NCBI GenBank assembly: GCA_964607485.1
Contig: CAZSKP010000003.1
Coordinates: 64,001-128,000 of the forward strand
Source of the DNA: an uncultured bacterium
GTDB lineage: Bacteria; Abyssobacteria; SURF-5
Direction of reading: 5' to 3'
Length of the DNA stretch: 64,000 bases
A program made the position numbers and the translations under genes. The notes beneath the pieces were generated by a model that was given only the letters and a program-made list of their open reading frames with translations, was not told the DNA's origin and ran no database searches. The number at the start of each line of letters is the position of its first letter. The stretch's first letter is position 1. Shown here piece after piece: positions 28,978 through 38,290 of the stretch.

Positions 28978-29142
28978 TGTCGGCATTACGTCACTCCCTT
29001 GATGCTCTGAGATGAGGGAAGATCGTGTCCGGGGGAAACGGGCGACCGCCTCGCATGAATGTACTCCATTATATAGCAACGCTTTACAGCCAGAGGCAGG
29101 AGAATCCTTGTTGGAGATTCCACGTTTGGCGCAAGAAATGCT
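28978..29142 (+). promoter_or_regulatory. sigma54 promoter with enhancer-like site and IHF-like site
   Basis: TGTCGGCATTACGTCAC (28978), TAGCAA-N4-TTA (29074), TGGCGCAAGAAATGCT (29127-29142). Confidence 0.7.
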
Positions 29143-29261
29143 GAAGGCCTCATTTGATTTATTGTTTCGTAACCTTTTGCTGGCAATGCACTCCGCGCGG
29201 TCAATTCCCAATGCAGGCGGAGAAGGATGAAGCGCGATTCTGACATTCAAGGGGGAAAATC

Positions 29262-31301
29262 ATGACGAAGAATACGACATGGGTCCGGAGAGCGGCACTG
29301 GTATCGCTGCTCATCGTCTTGCTGCTGCTGGCCGCGCCCGCTAATTCAGAGCCGGAGACGCAAGCTGAATCGGGAGCCGTGTTCATGGAAGATTCCTACA
29401 AGAGGGAACAGCTCCTCTTCGAGGAATTCCCGATCGTCTTCAGCGCCGCCAAGATGGAGCAGCCGATAAACTGGTCTCCCTCCAGCACGACGGTCATAAC
29501 CGCCGACGAGATACGCCGCTCGAGCGCGACCAACCTGCTGGACCTGTTGCGCAGGGTGCCGGGACTGGACATCTTCAGAGTTACCGGAGGCAATGGCAAC
29601 CTGGCGGTCAGGGGATTTGCCAGGCCGGCGAGCAGGACGGTGCTGGTGCTTGTCGATGGGATGTCGGTGTACCGCGACTACTATGGGACGGTCGAATGGG
29701 AGTCGCTGCCCGTCGTGCTGGAGGAGATCGACCGTATCGAGATCATCCGGGGGCCGGGCTCCGCGCTGTACGGCGCAAACGCCTTTTCCGGTGTCGTCAA
29801 CATCATCACCAAGACTCCCAAACAGCTCAAGGGAACGACCGTCTCTTCAACGCTCGGCCAATTCGAAACGTACATCAACACCGTGATACACGCGGGCGTG
29901 AAGGACAAGTGGAGCTACAGGGTCACCGGAAGCTGGACCGAACTCGATTCGATGGAATTCAACGATGAAAGGGTCCTGAAGACGCAGAAGGCAAACGTCC
30001 TGCTCGGCTACGAATTCGACGAGGACCAAAAGTTGACGCTTTTCAACGGGTTCATCTACACGGACATGACCTCGCTTTCCCACAGCGTGCCCGTTGTCTG
30101 GAATGGTATCTCCAATTACTTGAAGCTTAACTACGACCATGACGACTGGAAGTTCCAGGCCTTTTACGCTCTGACGGATATCGACACCTCCTCGGAGGGT
30201 TCCATCGACGGTTACAAATCGCTCATCGACAACGTATTCGACTTCGAGGTCCAGCACACCTTTCGGCCCAACGACGAGCACACGGTCATATGGGGCGCCG
30301 ACTACCGATATAATCGACCGACGGCACATGAAACCTTTAGGAATGCTCCGAGCTTTAACCTCTTTTCATTCTTCGTACAGGACGAATTTCGGCCCTTTGA
30401 CAATCTGGCGTTCACGGGAGGGCTCAGGGTCGACTCTCATCCCGACACGGGAGTTCACTTCTCCCCCCGGTTCAGCGCCGTGTATGAGCCGTGGGAAAAC
30501 CACATGTTCAGGGCGTCCGTCGGACAGGCATTCAGAAATCCGACATTCATAGAATCCTACCTGGACACAACCTTCACGTATCCGACTCCCATGCCCGGCG
30601 TATTCGTCGTCACCAACTTGCTCGGAGACGATGACATTGACGCTGAACAGGTGACTACCTTCGAGCTCGGCTATCAGACGCGGACCGACGACGGAAGGCT
30701 GCATGTCAAGCTCGATACCTTCTACGACATGTTCGACGACATCATCGAATTCGTTTTCGTGAGCGGTCCCACTCCGCCGCCCGACATCACCTTTGAGATC
30801 GACCACGCGAACGTCGGGAAAGCCATCGCCTACGGAGGTGAGCTCAGCGTGGATTACCATATCAACGACTGGCTCGGCGCTTATTTCAACTATTCATACG
30901 AGTACGTCGAGGCCAGGGACGACGGCGTGCAGTTCCAGGATGTCAAGAAGGGAGACCGGATCAAGTCTTCTCCAAGACATAAGGTGAATGCGGGGGCATA
31001 CGCCGAGTTCGACAGCGGCGTGAACATGAGCGTTGACGCGAGCTACGTGGACGAGATCGAGGCGTTCTTCTTCGATGTCGCGAGCGCCGTCTCCGACCCG
31101 GCCGCCATCTTCGGCCATGAGAAGGTCGATGACTATCTCCGCGTGGACGCGAAGATAGGATACAAGCTTCCGAAGCATGACATCGAGGTGTCACTCCTCG
31201 TTCACAACCTGTTGAACGACGTTCACAGGGAATGGGCCGCGGCCAAAGGCGGGGAGAGATTCGAGCGGCAGTTCTTGATCAACGTCACGGGCAGGTTCTA
31301 G
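29262..31301 (+). CDS. TonB-dependent outer membrane receptor
   Basis: signal peptide, plug VITADEI...DLLRRVPGL, IDRIEIIRGPGSALYGANA.SGVVNIITK, C-terminal NLLN and terminal F. Confidence 0.93.
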   Translation: MTKNTTWVRRAALVSLLIVLLLLAAPANSEPETQAESGAVFMEDSYKREQLLFEEFPIVFSAAKMEQPINWSPSSTTVITADEIRRSSATNLLDLLRRVPGLDIFRVTGGNGNLAVRGFARPASRTVLVLVDGMSVYRDYYGTVEWESLPVVLEEIDRIEIIRGPGSALYGANAFSGVVNIITKTPKQLKGTTVSSTLGQFETYINTVIHAGVKDKWSYRVTGSWTELDSMEFNDERVLKTQKANVLLGYEFDEDQKLTLFNGFIYTDMTSLSHSVPVVWNGISNYLKLNYDHDDWKFQAFYALTDIDTSSEGSIDGYKSLIDNVFDFEVQHTFRPNDEHTVIWGADYRYNRPTAHETFRNAPSFNLFSFFVQDEFRPFDNLAFTGGLRVDSHPDTGVHFSPRFSAVYEPWENHMFRASVGQAFRNPTFIESYLDTTFTYPTPMPGVFVVTNLLGDDDIDAEQVTTFELGYQTRTDDGRLHVKLDTFYDMFDDIIEFVFVSGPTPPPDITFEIDHANVGKAIAYGGELSVDYHINDWLGAYFNYSYEYVEARDDGVQFQDVKKGDRIKSSPRHKVNAGAYAEFDSGVNMSVDASYVDEIEAFFFDVASAVSDPAAIFGHEKVDDYLRVDAKIGYKLPKHDIEVSLLVHNLLNDVHREWAAAKGGERFERQFLINVTGRF

Positions 31302-31302
31302 C

Positions 31303-32310
31303 GTGTCGAACCGACCTCTTCGCGACAAGGAGTGGAGGCGGGCAATGAGGTTCAGGGTTCTGGTGTTTTTCGTGATGTGGCTCGGCCTCTTTTGGACGGG
31401 TTGGCAGGAAGACGCCTTCCCGGCGCCCCAGGCACGCATCGCGATCGTGTTCAGCTACGATGCCCGCGCGTACGATGAAGCCGAGAAGGGATTCCTCGAG
31501 GTCATAAGCAAGAGCAAGCTCGATCCGATGATCAAGCGCTATACGCTCAAGGGTTCAGCCAAGGGTATCGACTCACTCATTGCGGAAATCAGCTTCGCTC
31601 GGCCCAACGTAATCATCACCGTGGGCTCGCCCGCCACGAAGGTCATCGCCTCGCGAGTTTCCGACATCCCCATCGTCTTCTCGATGGTTCTGTATCCGGT
31701 CGCAAGCGGGTTTGTCCCCAACATAAACTCCCCGGGGAAAAACCTCACCGGGGCGGCGATGGACGTGCCGATAGAGGCTCAGTTCAAGGTCCTCTCAAGG
31801 GTTGTTCCCCGGCTGAGGCGGATCGGGGTGCTCTACAATCCTGAAGAGACGGGGTCGATAATCAGCGAGGCTGAGAAGGTGGCGGAGTCGATGAAGCTGG
31901 AGCTCGTGGCCGAGCAGGTGTGCTCCGAGGCCGACGTGCTGGCTGCCATGAACAATCTGAACTCCAAAGGAGCCGAGGTCCTGTGGGGAGTTGCCGACGG
32001 CACCGTTTTCACGGTTTCCTCCTTCAAGTTCCTGATCCAGAAGACCGTCGAGAGAGGAATGCCTTTCATGGGTCCGAACAACCAATTCGTCAAGTCGGGT
32101 GCATTGATAGCCCTCGGGTGCAACTACCGGGACAACGGGAGGCAGGCCGCAGAGCTGGCTCTCCGCATTCTGGAAGGAGAAAGCCCGTCGAAGATTCCCA
32201 TTGCCCGCCCCCGCGAGACCGAAATGGCGCTGAACCTTCGGGTCGCCGAATATATCGGCCTGGACATTCCCGACAGGATTATCAACGAGGCTCAGAAAGT
32301 CTTCAGGTAG
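31303..32310 (+). CDS. periplasmic substrate-binding protein (ABC_sub_bind family); start may be 31345
   Basis: signal peptide, IPIVFSMV..P, NLTG, RRIGVLYNP, GRQAAELA.RIL.GE.P, LNL..A..IGL.IP. Confidence 0.88.
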   Translation: MSNRPLRDKEWRRAMRFRVLVFFVMWLGLFWTGWQEDAFPAPQARIAIVFSYDARAYDEAEKGFLEVISKSKLDPMIKRYTLKGSAKGIDSLIAEISFARPNVIITVGSPATKVIASRVSDIPIVFSMVLYPVASGFVPNINSPGKNLTGAAMDVPIEAQFKVLSRVVPRLRRIGVLYNPEETGSIISEAEKVAESMKLELVAEQVCSEADVLAAMNNLNSKGAEVLWGVADGTVFTVSSFKFLIQKTVERGMPFMGPNNQFVKSGALIALGCNYRDNGRQAAELALRILEGESPSKIPIARPRETEMALNLRVAEYIGLDIPDRIINEAQKVFR

Positions 32311-32343
32311 CGTGACGGAGGAATTCGGAAGGGAAGAGTAACG

Positions 32344-34077
32344 ATGCCGCGTCCGAGATTCAGCGTGCAAAGGAGATTCATCGCGCTCATATCCTGCGCG
32401 GTGATTCTCACCTCGGGACTGCTGAGCGCCTACTATTTCATCCGTTGGAAAGAGGATGAGATGGAGGAAATCAGCGAAAAGGGGCAGACCCTGGCGCTTT
32501 CCCTCGCGCAGAACTGCGAGTACGGGGTGCTGTTCTCCGACATCCCGCAGCTTGAGCTCCTCGCCAAAGTCGCCGCCGAGGACGTGGACGTGAGTTACGT
32601 AACAATCTACGACGAAAAAGGAGTCGTGCTTGCCGAAGTTCATGGGAAGCCCCTCGTGCCCTATCCGGAACAGGGAAGCAGGAGAAGCATCGTTCGGGAA
32701 CAAGGACAGGATAAAGAAGCAATCGTCACCTACTTCGAATATGGCAGCAACCGTATTCCCGCCCTTGATATTGTTCGCCCCATCCTGATCGAAAAAGTGG
32801 CCAGACACAGGGAAGAATTGGAGCTGATGTGGGAAACGGGCGACGCAGGCGGCGCGAGCGCGGAAACACGCGTCATTGGCCACGTACAGTTGGGGCTTTC
32901 GCTCGAAAAACCTCTGGCGCAGCTCCGGGAAATTCGTCGGAATGTCGGCATATTGACTCTTGCGGTGATCGTATCAGGCGTCCTGCTCACCATACCCTTT
33001 GCGCGGCTTATCGTCAGGCCGATCCGGCAACTGGTGGATGCCACACAAAAGATCGCGCAGGGAGACCTGAGCCAGAATGTAGAAGCGAGGACAAAAGACG
33101 AGATCGGCGACCTCGCCCATTCCTTCAACCAGATGGTCGCAGACCTGAAATCGTCCAGGAACGAGGTCGAAGAATACAGCCGGACCCTGGAGAGAAAAGT
33201 TGAGGAAAGAACGGCCGAGCTGGCCAGGGCAAACGAAAGGCTGAAATCGGAACTCACCGAACGCGAGCGAGCCGAAAAGGAGCTCCAGGAATTCGCCGCG
33301 AGGCTGGAGAGAAGCAACCGCGAGTTGACACACTTCGCCTACATCGCATCCCACGACCTCAGGGAGCCGCTTCGGAAGATTCAGGCCTTCGGCGACCGAC
33401 TCGTGTCCAAGTGTCGGGAATCGCTCCCCGAAGAGGGGCGCGATTATCTGGACCGCATGCAGAGCGCGTCCGAGCGGATGCAAGACCTGATCGACGGGCT
33501 GCTCACGTTCTCCAGAGTCACGACCAAGGCGCAGCCCTTCAGCCCAGTCGACCTCACCAAAGTGGCGCGGGAGGTCTTGTCCGACCTGGAGGTGACCATC
33601 GAGCAGACCGGGGGACGCGTGGAGCTGGGGGACCTGCCCACCATCGACGCCGACCCGCTCCAGATGCGCCAACTGCTGCAAAACCTCATTGGCAATGCGC
33701 TGAAATTCCACCGGAACGAGGAGACTCCTCTCGTAAAAGTAAGCGCCCAAATGCTCAACGGCGAGAAGGGACGCCCGGGCGCGGAATCCTCGAACAGCCT
33801 TTGTCAAGTTGTCGTGGAGGATAACGGCATCGGATTCGACGAAAAACACTGCGACCGCATTTTCGAGGTTTTCCAGCGCCTGCACGGACGAAGCGAATAC
33901 AAGGGCTCTGGCGTCGGGCTGGCGGTCTGCAAGAAGATTGCCGAGCGACACGGCGGAAGCATCACTGCTAAGAGCGTGCCGGGGCAAGGCGCGACATTCA
34001 TCGTCACGCTGCCTGTCAAACAACCCAAAGGAGGAAACATACAATGGAACGATACGGAACCCCCATCACGATCCTGA
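32344..34077 (+). CDS. membrane HAMP histidine kinase (Cph1/phytochrome-type kinase core)
   Basis: two TM, DEIGDLA.SFNQM HAMP, FAYIASHDLREPLRKI, NLIGNALKF, DNGIGF, FQRLH, GSGVGLA. Confidence 0.95.
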   Translation: MPRPRFSVQRRFIALISCAVILTSGLLSAYYFIRWKEDEMEEISEKGQTLALSLAQNCEYGVLFSDIPQLELLAKVAAEDVDVSYVTIYDEKGVVLAEVHGKPLVPYPEQGSRRSIVREQGQDKEAIVTYFEYGSNRIPALDIVRPILIEKVARHREELELMWETGDAGGASAETRVIGHVQLGLSLEKPLAQLREIRRNVGILTLAVIVSGVLLTIPFARLIVRPIRQLVDATQKIAQGDLSQNVEARTKDEIGDLAHSFNQMVADLKSSRNEVEEYSRTLERKVEERTAELARANERLKSELTERERAEKELQEFAARLERSNRELTHFAYIASHDLREPLRKIQAFGDRLVSKCRESLPEEGRDYLDRMQSASERMQDLIDGLLTFSRVTTKAQPFSPVDLTKVAREVLSDLEVTIEQTGGRVELGDLPTIDADPLQMRQLLQNLIGNALKFHRNEETPLVKVSAQMLNGEKGRPGAESSNSLCQVVVEDNGIGFDEKHCDRIFEVFQRLHGRSEYKGSGVGLAVCKKIAERHGGSITAKSVPGQGATFIVTLPVKQPKGGNIQWNDTEPPSRS

Positions 34078-34502
34078 TGGCCGACGACGATCCGGACGAT
34101 TGCCTGATGGCCAAGGAGGCGTTGGAGGAGAACCGATTGGCCAACGACCTGCATTTCGTCGGGGACGGCGAGGAGTTGCTCGATTATCTACGTCATCGTG
34201 GGAAGTACGCCGGTCCGGACAGTTCGCCCACGCCCGGCCTGATCCTGCTCGACCTCAACATGCCCCGGAAGGACGGGCGTGAGGCACTCAGGGAGATAAA
34301 AGAAGACCCCAACCTGCGGCGGATTCCAATCGTGGTACTCACCACCTCGAAGGCGGAAGAGGATATCTGCCGAACTTACGACCTCGGCGTAAACTCGTTC
34401 ATCGTCAAACCCGTATCCTTCGAGGGGCTTGTCAATGTGATGAAGACTCTGTGCGAGTACTGGTTCGAAATCGTCAAACTTCCCACCGACGAGAGTTATT
34501 GA
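34044..34502 (+). CDS. single-domain response regulator (Rcp1-like)
   Basis: MADDD.DD, LILLDLNMPRKDGRE.L.EIK, VVLTTS, LGVNSFIVKP, YWFEIV.LP. Confidence 0.93.
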   Translation: MERYGTPITILMADDDPDDCLMAKEALEENRLANDLHFVGDGEELLDYLRHRGKYAGPDSSPTPGLILLDLNMPRKDGREALREIKEDPNLRRIPIVVLTTSKAEEDICRTYDLGVNSFIVKPVSFEGLVNVMKTLCEYWFEIVKLPTDESY

Positions 34503-34509
34503 AAACGAT

Positions 34510-36435
34510 ATGGACGACCGCAAACTTAAGATCCTGCTCGTTGACGACGACGAGGACGATTACATTATCGTCCGAGACATGATCTCCGAGATCCCGGGGC
34601 ACGGATACAGCCTCGAATGGCTGGCGACGTACGATGCGGCTTTGGACGCGGTTGGTCGCAATCACCACGACGTGTACATCTTCGATTACCGTCTGGGCGA
34701 GCGTGACGGGCTCGAACTCTTGCGCGAGGCGATTGCAAACGGCTGCAAGACCCCGATGATTCTGATGACGGGCCAGGGAGACCGCGAGGTGGACATCGAG
34801 GCGATGAAGGCGGGAGCGGCGGACTACCTCGCGAAGGGACAGATAAGCCCGCTGCTGCTCGAGCGCTCGATACGCTACGCCGTCGAACGGGCCCGCACGT
34901 TGGAATCGCTCCAGAACAGCGAGGAACGCTTTCGCTCTGTGGCGCAAACGGCGAACGACGCAATCATCTGCATCGACAGCAACGGAACAGTGGTCTTCTG
35001 GAACAATGCGGCGCAGACCATGTTCGGACACACCGCCGATGAGGCCGCGGGCATGAAGTTCACCGACATAATGCCCGAAAGGCTCAGGGAGGAGCAACGA
35101 ACCGACCTGAAACGGGCGGTCACAACCGGACAATCGGTCGTCGTCGGCAGGACAACTGAGTTCGTCGGGCTCAGGAAGAACGGCAGCGAGTTTCCCATAG
35201 AGCTCTCCCTCGCCATGTGGAGGACGAAAGACGACCTCTTCTTCACGGCGATCGTACGGGACATCACCGAGCGCAAGCAGCTCGAGCAGCAACTCTTCCA
35301 GGCGCAGAAGATGGAAAGCATCGGAACGCTGGCGGGCGGCATCGCCCACGACTTTAACAACCTGTTGGGCGGAATCCTGGGGTATGTTTCACTCATGAAA
35401 TCAAAGATCTCACAAGACCATCAGTTCTTCGATTATGTCGAAACGATCGAGAAGAGCGCGTCCCGCGCCGCCGAGCTCACGGCGCAGCTCCTTGCGTTCG
35501 CCCGGCGCGGAAAATACGTCGTCAGGGCGGTTGACCTGAACGACATCATTAAAGAAACCGTGAAGATCGTCGGGAGAACGTTCGATAAATCGATAGAAAT
35601 CGAGATCCTTCTGTGCGACCCAATTCCGCCGGTCGAGGCGGACGCCGGCCAGGTGCAGCAGGCGCTGATGAACCTCTGCGTGAACGCACGCGACGCGATG
35701 CCCCAGGGAGGGACGCTGACCGTCAAGACGAGCGTCGCGACGCTCGGCCACGACTTTGTCGAGAAACACGCGGAGGCGAAAGAAGGCGAGTACGTCGTCC
35801 TGTCTCTGACCGATACCGGAGTGGGCATGAACAAGGAAACGATGGAGAGAATATTCGACCCCTTCTTCACGACGAAAGAAGTCGGCAAGGGCACGGGGCT
35901 CGGATTGCCGATGGTATACGGGGTCGTCAAGAATCACGGCGGGTTTGTGCTGGTGCACAGCGAACCTGGAGCGGGCGCGACGTTCGAGCTTTTCCTGCCC
36001 GTGAGCGGCAGAGCCGAGGCGACGGAATCTGCGCCCGTCGAGACCGCTCACGAGCAGAAGGGGCTGATTCTCGTCGTGGACGATGAGGAGCCTCTCCGCT
36101 TTCTTGTGAAAGAAATGCTCGAGGCCCACGGCTATCGCGTGCTGCTGGCCGAAACCGGCCCGCAGGCGGTCAAGGTGTATGGCGAGAGGAACGGTGACAT
36201 AAGCCTGGTGATTCTCGACATGATTATGCCGGAGATGGGAGGCCGCGAGACCTTCCTGAAATTGAAAGAGATTGACCCGACAGTCAGGGCGCTCCTTTCC
36301 ACCGGCTATGGCCAGGATGGAGATGTGCAGGAGGCCGTGGAAAGCGGCGCCAGGGGATTCATTCAGAAGCCGTATCGGCTCGGCGAGCTGGTGTCCAGAG
36401 TGAGAACGGCGCTCGGCGCAAATGAGCAAGCCTGA
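34510..36435 (+). CDS. hybrid kinase REC-PAS-HisKA-HATPase-REC
   Basis: [44 protein letters not shown]-terminal REC; kinase core very similar to that of 23573..27400. Confidence 0.95.
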   Translation: MDDRKLKILLVDDDEDDYIIVRDMISEIPGHGYSLEWLATYDAALDAVGRNHHDVYIFDYRLGERDGLELLREAIANGCKTPMILMTGQGDREVDIEAMKAGAADYLAKGQISPLLLERSIRYAVERARTLESLQNSEERFRSVAQTANDAIICIDSNGTVVFWNNAAQTMFGHTADEAAGMKFTDIMPERLREEQRTDLKRAVTTGQSVVVGRTTEFVGLRKNGSEFPIELSLAMWRTKDDLFFTAIVRDITERKQLEQQLFQAQKMESIGTLAGGIAHDFNNLLGGILGYVSLMKSKISQDHQFFDYVETIEKSASRAAELTAQLLAFARRGKYVVRAVDLNDIIKETVKIVGRTFDKSIEIEILLCDPIPPVEADAGQVQQALMNLCVNARDAMPQGGTLTVKTSVATLGHDFVEKHAEAKEGEYVVLSLTDTGVGMNKETMERIFDPFFTTKEVGKGTGLGLPMVYGVVKNHGGFVLVHSEPGAGATFELFLPVSGRAEATESAPVETAHEQKGLILVVDDEEPLRFLVKEMLEAHGYRVLLAETGPQAVKVYGERNGDISLVILDMIMPEMGGRETFLKLKEIDPTVRALLSTGYGQDGDVQEAVESGARGFIQKPYRLGELVSRVRTALGANEQA

Positions 36436-36558
36436 CGTACCTAGCATCCCTTCCCGGAAACACCCGCCGATCGTTTACTTCTTCATTGCGTCGGGATTTC
36501 CCACTGTGCTGGGGGTGTGTTTGGGTTGAGCAGTTGGCCGCCGTGAATGCAGGTTGGG

Positions 36559-36750
36559 AAAAATGACATTCATTCCTCCCGGCGCTGCCCGGAGCATGAA
36601 GTTGGCCAGATAGATTCGGCACGCCTTCCCATTGACCGTATCCTGCCAGCCCGGATAGTGGGAATCGGAAGGCACCAGGTATCCCGGCCGGGTGGAGCGT
36701 ACAAGACTATCGACACAACCGGGCTCATCGCGCACAAATCTTGCCTGTCC
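36559..36750 (-). pseudogene. degenerate C-terminal fragment of a YfhO-family gene
   Basis: GQARFVRDEPGCVDSLVRSTRPGYLVPSDSHYPGWQDTVNGKACRIYLANFMLRA aligns by eye with GQARIDRYENDEVELHVEVQSPSLVILTDSYYPGWNAFVDGVRTPIWRANSLFRA of the YfhO paralogs; no N-terminal membrane part. Confidence 0.75.
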
Positions 36751-36823
36751 GTCCGCCGTTTGGGTATGCGCATCCGTCGGTTCAACCGGTTCTACTCCCG
36801 ACGGCGTTTCCGATAAGAGGACT

Positions 36824-37957
36824 TCAGTGGCTGGGTGCGGAACTCTCCTTTAGAATCGCAATAACCGTGGGTGCCAGGGCGGCGGCGATCCTCCTCTGGC
36901 CCGCTGCTTTGCAATGTCCCCATTTGTCTTTGAAGTACCTGTGTTCGAGCAGATTGGAAAGGTCCACGAAGTAGACGTTTTCCTTTTCAGTCGCTTTCAT
37001 AACCATCTGCATGGAATGTTCAAGGGCGGGCTTGTCTAAGATTCCGACGTCGGCAAAGGATTCCAGGTCCAACGGCCAGACAAAGAAGAGGACCTTTGTT
37101 CCGTGTTTCGATGCGACACTGGCAAGGGCTCGAAGGTCTTTCATCATGGGATTGGAATTCGTAACTCCCATCGGGAAATTCGCTTCAAAGGTCGAACGCA
37201 GGTCAGAGGGAGGCTGTTCCTCGGCATCCGGTTGCCCGTCTTCGATCGATTCGGAGGGCGTCTCAATACTGGCGTTCTCTTCTCCCGCGACTTTCGGGAG
37301 AACTGCGGCTTGGGGTTGAGGACGCAAATGGGCCCTCAGGTTGTCCAAAACCCACATCTTGATTCCCATGGGGTAGAGAGAGTAGATGGAGAACTTGTAT
37401 TCAATTTGTTTCGTCAAAGATATGCCCCTTGACCTGACAGGATTCTCATGCTCCGAAAGGACCCCGCCACGGAGGGGGGCAAGCGCTGACAACTCGGGGT
37501 TGAAATAGCTTTTCTCGCTTAACCAAGAGGATCCAAACGTTCTCCAATTTATGGGTATTACGATCAAATCGGGGGAATATCTCTCTGCCTCGTAAAACAG
37601 ACAGTAATAGTCAAACATGTCGGCCGCTACAAAGGCCCACTGAGAGACTATCAAGTTTTGAAACTCTGCTCTCTTGCTTATTTCCTCATCAAGCAGCTTG
37701 GACATGCCATCATATGCGGGAAAATAATTAGAATCGCCAAGACAAATGACTTTCAGTGGATTGCCTTTGTTATCTGACAATTTATCATACCAGCGCTTGC
37801 TGAACAGGTACGAATAGGGTTTGTTCTCGCTCGCACGTTCAATAAACGGTTCGAAGCCGATCAATTGCAGAGACAGCATCGCTGCCGCAACCAGCCAGGC
37901 CAGGTAGTAGATTCCTATCCTTATCGGAGCGGCGCTGCTTCTTTGGCGTAGGTTCAT
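36824..37957 (-). CDS. membrane-anchored SGNH-like protein (DltD/AlgX-type candidate acyltransferase)
   Basis: N-terminal TM, ICLGDS block I, C-terminal FVDL...F.D..GH...G...IA. Confidence 0.65.
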   Translation of the reverse strand: MNLRQRSSAAPIRIGIYYLAWLVAAAMLSLQLIGFEPFIERASENKPYSYLFSKRWYDKLSDNKGNPLKVICLGDSNYFPAYDGMSKLLDEEISKRAEFQNLIVSQWAFVAADMFDYYCLFYEAERYSPDLIVIPINWRTFGSSWLSEKSYFNPELSALAPLRGGVLSEHENPVRSRGISLTKQIEYKFSIYSLYPMGIKMWVLDNLRAHLRPQPQAAVLPKVAGEENASIETPSESIEDGQPDAEEQPPSDLRSTFEANFPMGVTNSNPMMKDLRALASVASKHGTKVLFFVWPLDLESFADVGILDKPALEHSMQMVMKATEKENVYFVDLSNLLEHRYFKDKWGHCKAAGQRRIAAALAPTVIAILKESSAPSH

Positions 37958-38290
37958 AGCCGATTACCGGACTTAGAATTGAAGGTACAATCCTCTATGA
38001 GGCGTTCAGCATTCTCAAATCAAGAAAAGCGAGAAAAGAGAGCGCGAGAACAAATCCGAACCGCAGCAAACATTCGATGTCAAATATGTGCTCAGCGGCA
38101 AGTTTACCATGCACGCGCGTATGGTTGCAAGCACTGAACCTCCTTGCTTTTTCGAAATTAACTGTGTTAAGATGTCGCGCAAACGGGCTGGAGGGCGCTC
38201 TTCGGCGAATGTGAAAGATCGTGCCGAAGGCTTCATGGAAGGATGGTCCCACCCGATAAACTCCAGTGGATCCCTCCGGGCAGGTAGAAT

